A stretch of DNA of 63,773 nucleotides, filler included, from Reticulomyxa filosa (taxonomy: Eukaryota > Protista > Foraminifera): assembly GCA_000512085.1 (NCBI GenBank). It is 17 parts of 17 records of this genome, joined end to end, with 100 filler letters (N's around TTAATTAATTAA, not from the genome) between each part and the next. Parts side by side here need not be neighbours in the genome. Positions count along the whole stretch, not along the records: positions 4,840 to 12,803 come from ASPP01007453.1; positions 12,904 to 14,820 come from ASPP01045868.1; positions 14,921 to 16,089 come from ASPP01007029.1; positions 16,190 to 18,125 come from ASPP01023324.1; positions 18,226 to 23,267 come from ASPP01012020.1; positions 23,368 to 24,761 come from ASPP01041013.1; 11 more parts are not named here. The stretch is one strand, 5' to 3'. The stretch's first letter is position 1; each line of letters begins with the position of its first letter. The translations under genes and the position numbers were made by a program. Shown piece by piece: positions 11,515-23,680 of the stretch. The notes below the pieces were generated by a model. It saw nothing but the letters and a program-made list of their open reading frames with translations, made no database searches and was not told the DNA's origin.

Positions 11515-12803
11515 TCAAGACATTGGGGTATGATTGTGTGTCCCTTTCAACATAATTCTAGAAATGCCTTTGTTAAAAGGTGGATTGGGGGATAAGACAC
11601 AACTTTCGTAGTTGCCGCCCGCTCGGACGATGATTTTGGCCTTGCACTTGATATCACTGTCATTCATTCTTTTACAAGCATAATAATGGCTATAAATTTG
11701 TAGTTCTTCTTTGGAATGAGAAGGATCTTGGATTAGCATTTGCGTATCATTACCACCATTTTGTTTCAACTTTTCAGCAAGCACATTGTTTGAATTGGAT
11801 TTGGTCAAAGACCGTTTGTTGTTCATATAATATTCATTGCCATCAAAGATCATGACGTGGTGGCCATCTTTCCGATTGGTAGCTCGGAAGTCGATCCAAG
11901 CCAAAATGGAGGCGATTTGCTCTGGCGTTTCATAAACAATTTTGAGCGAACTGCCAAGATAGTTGTTTTTCATGTCTTGTTTCCTCTCGCTCGCCATCGC
12001 ATGAGGTCCACCACTTCCAATCACATTGATGTTATCACCACCTTCCCCTTCATCATCATCATCATCATCATCATCATTATCATCATTACTGCCGGCATTG
12101 TTGCCATGGTTATTTCCACTTTTTCGGCTTTTTCCTTTCTCTTTTCTTCTCTTTCTTTTTTCCCTCTTTCTCCATCTCCTTCTCCTTCTCCATCTCTTGA
12201 TCTCCACTTTCGCCTTCCGCGTTACTGGCATCGCCATTGTCATCATCTTCATCGTCATCATCTTCGTCGTCATCATCTTCATCGTCGATTCTTGTCCCGA
12301 TTTGAAAGATGTTTGTGGGCATATTGGAATAGGGAAGAGGGGGATGAGGAAAGTTGCCATGAGACATGGGATGGTACAGACCATTGGCCGTGGCAGGATC
12401 GAACGGCAATGGCCCTCCTCCTCCTCCTCCTCCTCCTCCTCCTCCGTTGACAATAGGCGATGGGATGAGAGGGCCCATCCACTGCGACTGCGAATGAGGT
12501 AGCGTTACAATCGGACACGCTCCAAATGGAGACTGTGACGACAGCGTCTCCGGACTCAGATCTTCATAGCTTAACTTCAGCACCGGTGGTGCACATAGAC
12601 CGCCCCATGCATTTAGCGTTGAGTGATTAGACTTGTTCTGCTTCTCTTCTTCTTCTTCATTGTCGTTGTCATTTCCTTGTCTGCCGACAGTGGTATCCAA
12701 CATAATGTCATTTGTGAGTCGTCTTTTTTTGTGAGGCGATTCGTACAGACCATTGAGATTGACTTCTCCTCTTTCTTCTTCTTCTTCTTCTTCTTCTTCT
12801 TCT
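11515..12803 (-). CDS. Low-complexity protein with C-terminal FLYWCH/WRKY-GCM1-like zinc finger; one apparent frameshift near 12110-12165; 5'-truncated
   Basis: C-terminus MIFDGNEYYMN...YYACKRMNDSDIKCKAKIIV...LKGTHNH has the C-x8-C...H-x-H pattern. Upstream acidic and Pro/Gly tracts lie in an overlapping frame. Confidence 0.6.
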
Positions 12804-12903
12804 NNNNNNNNNNNNNNNNNNNNNNNNNNNNNNNNNNNNNNNNNNNNTTAATTAATTAANNNNNNNNNNNNNNNNNNNNNNNNNNNNNNNNNNNNNNNNN
12901 NNN

Positions 12904-13460
12904 GGAATTACCGCGGCTGCTGGCACCAGACTTGCCCTCCAATTGTTAATCGTTTACGGATTTGGACTTATCTCATTGCAATCCCGTAACGGAAACCCGC
13001 ACGAGTTGCTATTTCTTGTCACTACCTCCCCGAATCGGGATTGGGTAATTTACGCGCCTGCTGCCTTCCTTAGATGTGGTAGCCGTTTCTCAGGCTCCCT
13101 CTCCGGAATCGAACCCTAATTCTCCGTTACCCGTGACTGCCATGGTAGTCCAATACACTACCATCGAAAGCTGATAGGGCAGAAACTTGAATGATTTACC
13201 ACGTATACACGCGGTCAGCTAAGTTACTATGATTCACCATGTGATGGTTAAATCTAATAAATGCTACCATTCTTGCGTCCGGTATTTGCGCATGTATTAG
13301 CTCTAGAATTACCACGGTTATCCATGTAATTTGCACTATCAAATAAACTATAACTGTTTTAATGAGCCATTCGCAGTTTCACTGTATACTATTTATACTT
13401 AGACATGCATGGCTTAATCTTTAAGACAAGCATATGACTTCTGGCAGGATCAACCAGATT
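12904..13460 (-). rRNA. 18S rRNA: 18S (SSU) rRNA gene, 5' ~557 nt, ciliate (Paramecium-like)
   Basis: The reverse complement starts AATCTGGTTGATCCTGCCAGAAGTCATATGCTTGTCTTAAAGATTAAGCCATGCATGTC and ends GTGCCAGCAGCCGCGGTAATTCC. Length is compact, without foraminiferal-type expansion inserts. Confidence 0.97.
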
Positions 13461-14820
13461 ACTACTTCAGACATAGTTTAGGCTGTTCAATGAACTGCCG
13501 CTATGCTGCAGATAGTGAAAAGGTTCACTCAACTAATTAGAAAGCAGAAACTGCCTTCTAGGCGATAAGCCTGACTCTTTTTTAGAGCAACTATGTCCGA
13601 AGACTTCATTACTCCGAGCCATCTCATCTTACGCGTTGCATTCAGCGGTACGAGCTACCTGCAAAATTCTACTCCAATTGAAGCAGATATTTTGGGCAAG
13701 CCTTTCCCTTTGAGCAACATATAGGCGGTCGGGCCGAAGCGGCAACCAACACATACCTATACTTATTGCTAATTGCACCATTAATCTTCAATTTCTCTCT
13801 GATTATAATGCAACCAACCTTTTTTTACCACCTCAGACGTATTGCTAAGTTGGCTATACAATAAGCTTTCCGCTTACAGCTACAACTCTATTCGAATTAT
13901 AGCCTTTAGTCGTAAACTATTGTAGTATTAAGAAAGATGAATTTGTCGGCAAGTCATTAAAAATGTTTGCCTTTATGGATACGAACTCGCTTTGATTTAG
14001 CTGAATGAAGACAATGTTCAGACAACTAATTTATCCAAATTGTTTAGAAATCATTTCATCGTAGGAGAGGTTCCTTGCTTGCGCTCAGACCCATTCCCTC
14101 GAATCATGAAATTCCAATTCAATTTGGATTTCAAAATCGAATTCGATTTTTATCCAAAATTTTTTCACCTCCCTTATAATACATTCTCACTTACCATGAT
14201 ATTATTTGACGCAAAAAAAAGTCTTTATAAAAAATTTAAAATTATCAGGTTATCAGATTCAGATATAATTGATATATTCCATTAGAGGGTCCATTCATTA
14301 TATCTTCTTATCATTCTTAACAGAATCAGATCAATTCTTTATTCTATTTTTATTTATTTATATACGAAATTAAAAAAAAACCTCTAAAATGCTATCATTC
14401 TCAGATAATAAGACCATTCTATTGATTATTGGTTAATGTAAAACAGAAATTATAGTATATTCTTTATTAGTTCTAATAGAAACGATAATTTATAAAATTA
14501 TTGTTATTAAATCTCATGAAATATTTTAAAGATAAACTTAGATTGATAGAGCTAAGGTAAGTCAGAATCTATTCAATTTAATTCATTGGAAGTCTAGATT
14601 TAAAGAAATTTAATTTCTATTCAACTTCTTGTAACTTTATTTTCATTTCCTGCAAAAGCAATTTTTGTTTCCTGTACTCAAAATTTAATTTCCCGTACAA
14701 AAAATTTTTTTTCCCGTACTTAATTTTTTTTTCCCCGTAATCATTTTTACTCTCCTTGTAAAATAATTGAATTTTATTTATAGACTTAATCAATTGTAAC
14801 CTTACATTCTGAGGGGTTAT
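13461..14820 (-). other. rDNA 5' external transcribed spacer and upstream non-transcribed spacer
   Basis: Directly upstream of the 18S 5' end. GC content is moderate to ~14100, then very AT-rich. No credible ORF. Confidence 0.75.
14622..14765. repeat. Seven degenerate ~21-bp tandem units (T-tract + YYYGTA) in the rDNA spacer
   Basis: The G of the core falls at 14631, 14652, 14674, 14695, 14716, 14737 and 14758 (spacings 21,22,21,21,21,21). Confidence 0.8.
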
Positions 14821-15000
14821 NNNNNNNNNNNNNNNNNNNNNNNNNNNNNNNNNNNNNNNNNNNNTTAATTAATTAANNNNNNNNNNNNNNNNNNNNNNNN
14901 NNNNNNNNNNNNNNNNNNNNCTCCCTCCCCCTTTTTTTTTTTTTTTAAGTTGAAGTTTTTTTGTTATATTTAAAAAAAGATGACTTGCAGTTAACCAAAC

Positions 15001-15676
15001 TTGCAAATCCCTTAGTATAACAATCTCGCGAGCAAAAGCGGAAGTATTGGGAACAATTTTGGCAGCCACGGTGGTGACGTCTTTTTTAGAAAATTGAGAC
15101 GACAGATCTCCACTGCCACGGCGTTGTTTGACAGAGTCTTGAGTGCCATTGTCGGCCGTATCAGATTTGGTTTGTTTGCGATCGCCTTTTTCCGCAGACT
15201 CACTTGTAGTAGCAATTGCAGTAGCAGTGTCATTTTCAGATGTGGACGACTCTGTTGTCGTTGTCGTCGTCGTCGTCGTCGTCGTCGTTTGTGTCTCAGG
15301 CAACTTGTAACGATAACAAAAGTGAATATGTCCATTCATGCCCATATGAATCGGCGCGCCAATGACATAACGATAACCTTTCCACGTGATGACAGTCCCC
15401 TCGCCGGGCAGCCAACGCTTAGCCGACTCAAGCAACTCCCACCGTTGATAGCGAACCAAGTCTGGCGGATTTGTAAACTCCATGTCCACGTCTTCCGGCT
15501 TTGGCGTGCCGTAGTTCCTCGACACTGACTTGTAGCCACTCTGCGGCATTGCCGTTAGTCCATCCGACGGCGAAGGCGCCATGCCATACACGTTGCCCAG
15601 GTTGTTGCCACCAAGTCCGCCCACCCCAAGAGGATTTAATGCTAACGCAGAATTTGTGGTCATTGGCGATAGTCCA

Positions 15677-15722
<46 letters not shown>

Positions 15723-15848
15723 GCTGCTGCTGCTGCTGCTGCAAGTGGCGATTTTGGGCTTTCCAATATTCGTATTGTTGTTGTCGAACATCCATATTCC
15801 CTTTCATTGCTTGCTGCATTCGCGCTGTTAATGCACTTTCATCATCAC

Positions 15849-15894
<46 letters not shown>

Positions 15895-16089
15895 GTTAAT
15901 AAAAAGTCATGAAATATATATGCGATTTAGACAATTGCTTTATTCGTGAGAGAGAGAAAACTGTGGGGGTCTCATGACAACACCATACGGTGGCTGCATA
16001 GTCTGCATTGGCACGCGAGAATGCATAGGAGAATGGCCATCAACAAACTGTAGCATGTTTTGCGCTTGCTGATGTCGATGTTGATGTTG
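15001..16089 (-). CDS. Protein kinase fragment (poly-Q N-terminus plus N-lobe subdomains I-III), truncated at both ends
   Basis: YVIGAPIHMGMNGHIHFC (degenerate Gly loop), VAAKIV (beta3 Lys) and FAREIVILRDLQ (alphaC Glu), followed by a GT donor. Probable intron ~15848-15961 containing (AAT)n. Confidence 0.65.
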
Positions 16090-16189
16090 NNNNNNNNNNN
16101 NNNNNNNNNNNNNNNNNNNNNNNNNNNNNNNNNTTAATTAATTAANNNNNNNNNNNNNNNNNNNNNNNNNNNNNNNNNNNNNNNNNNNN

Positions 16190-18125
16190 TTTTTTTTTTT
16201 TGTCAATCATTGCGCAACTGTTCAATGATTACCTGCTTTTGATGATAAGGTTGTGAAGTAGTATTGTTTTTATTTATAATGTTTGTCAATGATGACAACG
16301 AATCATCTGACGATTTGCCAATGTGTTTTATTCTTCCATACGCTTTCAAATTGTTCCTTTGATTTTGCCAATGACTTGTTCGGCAAGGAAGTCCTCTTCC
16401 ACCAAACTCCAAAAACTTTAATACTTGGAGCAAAATTTTTGCAAGGGGACGTCTCTATTCCTTAAATAAAACTTTGGATTGCTGTTTTTGCGTCCTGGCT
16501 GAATCCCCAGTTAATAAAAACCTTTAAATTTCAATTTCTTAATACCAACAATAAAAATTTTCAAATAATTTCCAATAGAATATTCCAATGAAAAAAATGT
16601 CACTTTCAATTAAAATCCAATAAAAAAATCTTTAAAATAACAAATTTGTGATTACTTTGTAATATTCCAAAGACCCTCTTCAAGTGTTCCAAATAAATCT
16701 TCCAATTAATCTTTCAATAACAACCAATTTTCTTAAGGAAATTTCCTAAAGAAATTTTTCCAAAATGATTATGATTCCTTGGTATCCTTTGTTTACGAAA
16801 TCGGTTCTTTGATTTTTGAACTATCTTTCGTAATCGACATAAACTATCAATCCACCATGACTTGTTGCATTTCAAAATCGTAATTATTGCTTCTCCAGCT
16901 TCAACAACATTCGACTGCTTTGTCCAAAGGGTCTTGACCTCGATACATTTGATCAATAGATTTCATCCAATTATCAATATTTTTTTCAATATCAATCTAA
17001 ATTGTTCCATTTGTCTCAGATTCCAAGTCTCAATTTTTTGTCGTTCAATCCGTGGTGAAGGCCACGTGGTTTTGATATTGAGTGTGATTGGGAGATGATC
17101 TGAGCGCACACCCAATTCAACATCATCCGTTCTCCAATTACTAATCAATGGAAGAATATACGATAAACATAATGTGATATCAATGCTTGATGTCGCATTA
17201 TCCGGCAATATATTGATAATATGTAATCCATTGGATACAATAAAATCAAGAATACATTCATCCATGATCCAACCATGCAGGATGATGTGCATTCCAATCT
17301 CCCCAATGACAATATATTCAGTGATTTTCATAGCATATTGATCGAATGCTTGAATATTGCACTGCAAATTTCGATAGAAACTGCGCATTTAATTTAATTG
17401 TGATGGTTTGAGATGCCTTCTCCTTCAGGAATGCATCTTCCTTCCTTGCCAATTTAATACCAAGCTTTTATCTTGATTTTCAATATCTTGACAACATCTT
17501 CAGTCTTGGATAAAAGCACCTTGACAATTGGCATCTTATGAATTTTTTACTTTTTGTATTTGATATTGATAATCTTCCAATGTCTCCTTGATTTCACAAT
17601 CGCTTTCGCGAGTTGACACACCTCGGAGCAGAACATATCTATTTCAGGATTAGTCACTGCTTCTTCACGCTTTTTCTTTTGTTCGATCGTTGGCGTATTC
17701 GTATACAAGAATTGTCGTCGAATTTGCATGTTTTCTTCCATACATTTTCAAATGTAATTTCATCAATCTTTTTTCTTCGTTTTGTTGCATACTTAAGCTA
17801 GACTGATGCTTTCTTCTCAGTTTCATCCGTTAATCTATCGTCTGGTTTTTTTAGTTTTATTGCTATTCGTTTTGTGCCATTTGTGCCTACGTCCATATCA
17901 TTTCTCTACGTCATTTTGGATTGTCGTGATTTGTTTCTGTTATCAGTCATATCAATACCATATCCAATTCCATCTCCAATACCACCATGCATACGGCATT
18001 TAATAGTTCACTAGCGGCAGACATGTTCGGGAGTGTAGTTAACATGTCTGTCTTGGATTTTTGATCCAATTCCAAGTGTGTTATTTTGTCCCAACATTGC
18101 TTGAAGTATAGCCGATTATTGTAAA
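16190..18125 (-). mobile_element. Decayed non-LTR (LINE-like) retrotransposon: APE-type endonuclease, linker and start of RT region
   Basis: Endonuclease motifs IVIG/GDWNAHHPAW (split by a 1-nt frameshift near 17300), SSIDITLC and SDHLPITL. Linker WWIDSLCRLRK...RFRK. GKSSDDSLSSL resembles RT 'GRST.D.L..L'. Many stops and frameshifts. Confidence 0.8.
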
Positions 18126-18225
18126 NNNNNNNNNNNNNNNNNNNNNNNNNNNNNNNNNNNNNNNNNNNNTTAATTAATTAANNNNNNNNNNNNNNNNNNN
18201 NNNNNNNNNNNNNNNNNNNNNNNNN

Positions 18226-19158
18226 CAGTGGCAATGGGAACATAACAAACTTATCGCAACTGCTGAGTGACCAGTCGCAGACGACGGCGTTGATCGAGGG
18301 CAACACGAAGTTGCGCATGCTGTGCCGACAGCTGTTGTCGATTCAACAGCAGATCCAGTTTGAGAGCTCGCTGCCATTGAAGACATTTGTGTCGCAACAA
18401 AACATTGCGCATTTACAGTACAGCCAAATGCAGTTGATATCGCAATCGCAATCGCTGCTGACGACCCAAGAGCAGTGTATTTTGTATCGCTATTTCTATC
18501 AATTGCGATTGCTCCAACTATTGTCACAGCAGCAAAGCCAATGGATGTCATTGCCGCAATTGCCCCCCCTTCCTCTATTCCCTTCGTCCTCCTCTTCTTC
18601 ATCCTCAACTACCTCTGGTTCCTTCGTCCCATCACTGTCATCATTGTCGACATTTCCACTTTTGTCCTCGCTTACATCCTTGCCGACTTTACAGTCACAA
18701 CAGCCTTTACAATCCAAACCTCAGTCTCAGTCTCAGTCTCATTCGCAATTGCAATCTCAATCTCAATTTCAATCTCAAATGCAAGCTCATTCTCAGTCAC
18801 AACCGACTTTGTTAAGTATGCCTACACAATCAATGACAGGCATTGTCAATCCACTATTCCCAACGTGGACACCACTTCAGCCCACTTTTTATAACACCAA
18901 TGCCAATGCCAATGCCAATGCCAATATCAACATGCTCAACGTATCCAATGCCAATGCGTTTGGAACAAGCCCTTCGCAGTTCCTCTCGGCGGACATGAAT
19001 CCGTACACTACTCGTGTGCCATCTCCGTCAGTCGTCTTTGAAAAGGCGGGGATATCTACCGTCGTTCCTTCAAAAGACCAACCACAATCACAATCACAAT
19101 CACAATCACAATTACATGGACGTGAGTCGAAGCATAGAGCAGAAGACGAAGCACCAGT

Positions 19159-19189
<31 letters not shown>

Positions 19190-22100
19190 GCAATAGCAAC
19201 AGCAACAGAAGAAGAAGAAGAAGAAGAAGAAGAAGAAGGAGACGACGAAGAAGAAGACGAAGAGGAAGAAGAGGAAAAAGAAGCGAAAAAGAATGCAACA
19301 ATGAAAGGAATTGAAAATACAGCGACCAATGTAACTCTCACTTCCGGCGTGACTCGGGCCAATGCGACCAAGAAAAAGAAAAAAAAGAAAAGTGTCAACC
19401 GCTTGTTTGGACTGCCAAACATGATCACTGTGAACAAAGTGTGGAGCCAATGTATCGGAAAATCGACAGACGACGGCATCAAGCTACGTTCTGCATTGCC
19501 CACCGCCGCCGTGGCCGCGACAACCACCAAAGTGGCCACGTTGAAAAAAAAACAAACAGCGTTGACAGATTCTTTGCCTGAGACTTGGACCGAGTCGCCC
19601 ATTTTCCTGTTGACAGAGATGTATGACAAATTGGAGATGTTCCAAATCTCAAAGCGTCCTGGTGCGAAAAAGCGCGGGGCAAGACGAGGAAAGGCACAAG
19701 ACACAGAGGACGAGGATGAAGATATGGACGACGACGACGACGATGATGATAATGATAATGATAATGATAATGATGATAATGACGATGAAGAGGATATAGA
19801 CAATGACAATGACGAGGATGAGGATGATGACGATGAAGAAGACAAAGAGAAGAAAAAAAAAGGAAAAAGAGCTATCGAAGACAAAAACCCCATCGCAGCC
19901 GTTATGACCCCGCTCGTCTTATGCGTCGTGACGAAGACTCGAATCTGGACAAACGTGTGCTCGTCGACGGCGTGAGCGACACGGATATGCACACATTATT
20001 CCAACACCGAAAGCTGGACACATTGGACGAAATGAGCACAAGCGATTACAAAAAGAATATCAATCGTGGATACGTGTTTAAAACAGGTGACAATCAACAG
20101 CGTCGAGGATCCGTTCATTTGGAAGATAAAAAAGAAAGAGATCACGAAGGTCATGAAGATCATGATCATGATCATGATCATAATCATAACCAGAATAATG
20201 ATCATCATCATCATCATCATCATCATAGGAATGAAGAAAGGAAAGAAACGACAACGATAGCTCGCAGTGAAAAGCACAAATCTGCTGACAAAAGAAACAT
20301 CAGCGCATTGTCGAACGAGCCCAAGTGGACCAGTGGCAAGAAAATGTTGAAGCCGAGGGAAAGAGAGTTTTTGCAATGGAAAGAGCGGAGTTTGTCTGTG
20401 ACAAGCGTGTCATCGGACTCGTCTGCACACAACATGTCCATGCCTTTTTCCGAAGAGCTGCGAAGAAAACGGATCAACGCCATCACCACTCCAACCGCGA
20501 TGAGTTTATCTCCTGTCCCATTTCCAATGCTGCAAATCCAATCCCGTCATAGTCAGAGTGGACACAATTTGTTATCGTTTTCATCATCCGCTGCCGCTGC
20601 TGCTGTTGCAAAAGCAACAACAACAACAACAACAACAATGGCAACGGCAACGGCAACGGGCTTACCGTCAGCATCATCATCATTATCATCATCATCGTCG
20701 CGGATCAAAACATTGAGCACCGGGAGATTGGCCGATTTATTGTTTGTTAGCGAAATTACCAACGAAAAAAAGAAAATGGAAAACCGATTCAGTCGATACG
20801 ACTTTATGCCCGAATTTGTGTGCAAACGTGCGAGTTGTCAACAATCGTTGGGCTTGCGCACCAGCGGCGCATTACGGGATGTCCCTTTGCATTTGGGACA
20901 TAACTCACCTCATTATCACATCATCGTGTACGTAGGTCTGTTGGGAGTCTTGGAATATTGTTCCACATGCTTTACAGGGACGCGCTCCTCGGATCCTTTA
21001 AATGACTTTTCTTCCCTTTCGTTGTTGGTATCCAAGCAAGATGAGATCTGTGCCGACACTCATCCATTGCAACAGATCCCCACTACCACTGTCACTGCCA
21101 CTGTCACTGCGCAGTCGACGTTCCAAACCTTCCTTCACAAACTCGTCGAGGAAGAGCGTGCCAAAATTCGACAATGTATGAAAGAGTGTTGCGAAAACTA
21201 TGAGCCCAATAACACAAGTGAGACCCAACATGATGCCAATCACAATTCTGAATTGAGTCGCAGTGATGCCAAAGAGTCTGCTACTGTCATTGCACAACAC
21301 GATCTACACTATGCGGATTCCCGTGCAGCGGATTCTACGTCGAATCCACCCAAGTTGTTGCCATCGGCCAAAATACACGAACGACAATGTCCCCATGCAG
21401 AGTCGTCCGATGATTGCCAGCTCTTTGCTCAGGTCAATGTCTCGATCAATCAACAAGACTTATTGAAAGCAGCTAAGTGCAGCGGCATGTCCAAAGACTT
21501 GTTGGAAGACATTGAGCAAACGTTGCAAACCAATCCTGTTCCTTATGGCGTGCTTCATTTGTTTGGCTTGACCTGTCTTTCGTTGCGATTTTTTTTTTTT
21601 GTATCGTTATATTTATCCATATGCATTGATAAGGAGCTTTTTTTTTTTTTTTGGAAATATCAGTGAACTGAACAAGCCTATTCACGTAAACCTGGAGGAT
21701 TATTGCCACGTCCATTTCATTTTGTACCGACCAACCGACGGAGTCGTTGAATTTTGTCACGAATGTCGTCGCGTGCAAAAAAAGATTACCGACAGCCCTT
21801 TGACACTATCAGATAGACTGGTTAACTTTTTTCATTGAATTATTTGTTTATCCAGGATATCACAAAGACATATACGTATACATATATATATATATATAAA
21901 AGATTCAAAAAGTGCTATTCAATATTGGGATCACGGACCGAGCCAGCTTTGTGTCGTTGAGTACCTCATTGCATCGACTGAAAAACTTCCACGTGTCATT
22001 GGTGAAAAAGATACCAAGAGTGGTGAATGCAGCAGGCAACCCGTCGAACCGAGCACTGTCCACATCGCCTGCCATTCGAGCGACGGAGACGAATAGCGCG

Positions 22101-23267
22101 TTTTCGATGACAATGATGACAATAGCGGACGACACCAACCACAACATGACCACGACGAGCGCGGGGGCGAAGAAGAGATTGATCAGCAGCAAAAAAAGCG
22201 CGACAGGCACGAGCAATGAGAATGGCGGTAGCGGCAAAGCGGAAGAGAGCAAAGTGTTGACGTTTCACCGAAGAGCGGTGCACGAGAACGACGAGCCAAG
22301 CTACCCTCAGACATTTGGTCTGAATTTGTGGTACAGTTACGGTCAGCAAAAGAAGACGCAGGAGCGTCTGCAGCGATTCCAGCAGTTACGAACTACCACA
22401 ACCCATAACAAGCACGATCATACTCATGGTCATCACGGTCGTCATGACCCTCATGGTCATCATGCTCATCATCATCATCATCATCATCATCACCGTGATC
22501 ATCACAACCATAATCGCAATCATAATCATAATCGTCCACATCCACATCATCCACAACATCATACTAATCGTCATTCCCATCATCCACATCCTCATCAGCT
22601 GCATTCTCATCAATTGCATCCTCATCACCATCCAGGTGGACATCATGACCATCGATCTCGCCATCCGCATCATCACAACAATGACAATTCCACTTGTCAA
22701 AATGACTCGAAGCATAACAACAACAACAACAACAACAACGACGCCGCCGCCGCCGCTGACGCCGACGCTGCCAACAACAACGACGATCAAAACGATGACA
22801 GCTATCCCATTTCTTGGCTGTCGCTAACTACCGTGACGCGCAAGGATCGTGATCATATGATGCGACGTATGGCCAAAGCCAAGATCTCACGGAAAGCGCA
22901 AAAGATTCTGCTGGACATGGCCCCGCTGCCGTTCCAATATGAGCTGCCTCAGCCGAGGGCGTCTGTGCTGAAGCGGAAGGTGCGGACACAAGAGGAAGAA
23001 ATGGAACGCTACTTGAGCGGCGCAACCGCTACGGCGTCAACTACGACAACGACGGGGAGCATCAAGAGTACGAGTCAGAAAAAAAAAAAGAAAAAAAAGA
23101 GAAAAAAGAAAAGCAAGCATCCTTCCAAAAAAAAACACGTCCCTCCTATCGCGGACGATTACACGAGTAGAGATAGTAGTGTTACGAGTGATAGTGAGTC
23201 TTACGTAGCTGACAAGTCAGTCAATCCAAAGGAGCCCAACGATTCTGCACGTAATGCTCCACAACAA
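18226..23267 (+). CDS. Very large low-complexity protein (QS, NA, T, E/D, His tracts) with two HxH...CxxC modules; multi-exon, one apparent frameshift at ~19853-19861
   Basis: Long ORFs 18290-19975, 19921-21666 and 21912-23267, plus a short exon near 21664-21820. Coding-like GC content, interrupted by AT-rich introns. Confidence 0.65.
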
Positions 23268-23389
23268 NNNNNNNNNNNNNNNNNNNNNNNNNNNNNNNNN
23301 NNNNNNNNNNNTTAATTAATTAANNNNNNNNNNNNNNNNNNNNNNNNNNNNNNNNNNNNNNNNNNNNTGTTTTTGTTTGAAAAATTTGA

Positions 23390-23680
23390 TTAAAAGAAAA
23401 GTAAGTTGATAATAAACTTGTTTGATTTGATTGAATGAAGGCATTAAAGGATGTTTTTATTTTACTTTGTTGTTTAAAAATTGAAACGCTGCGTTCAATG
23501 TCTTTTAAAGAATCGAAAAGCATAATAAATAAAAATTGTATCTAATATCAAAATAAATTGCACGATATTTCAAGTATTGTATTTTTATTTTTATGCGATT
23601 GTTTTTGTAGTAATTTATGATATGTATCTTTTCTATTTCGAAGAATCCAGGATATTATTTAAAACTTGAAGTATTGATAT
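23390..23680. repeat. Dispersed repeat / decayed multicopy family, copy 1
   Basis: Shares collinear blocks with 24895-25160: AAACTTGTTTGATTTGATT, TTTATTTTACTTTGTTGTTTAAAAA, AAAGCATAATAAAT, AAAATAAATTGCA.GATATTTCAAGTATTGT and AAAACTTGAA.TATTGA. Confidence 0.8.

Noticed and set aside
14805-14820. GAGGGGTTAT at the end of the rDNA contig as a ciliate telomere
   Set aside because: A single partial unit with no tandem G4T2/G3T3 array.
15428-15949. Poly-Cys, poly-Val, poly-Tyr and poly-Leu ORFs here and similar ORFs at 18889-19992, 22386-22827, 54575-54921 and 62790-63297
   Set aside because: Shadow frames or antisense readings of trinucleotide and dinucleotide repeats in real genes or introns.
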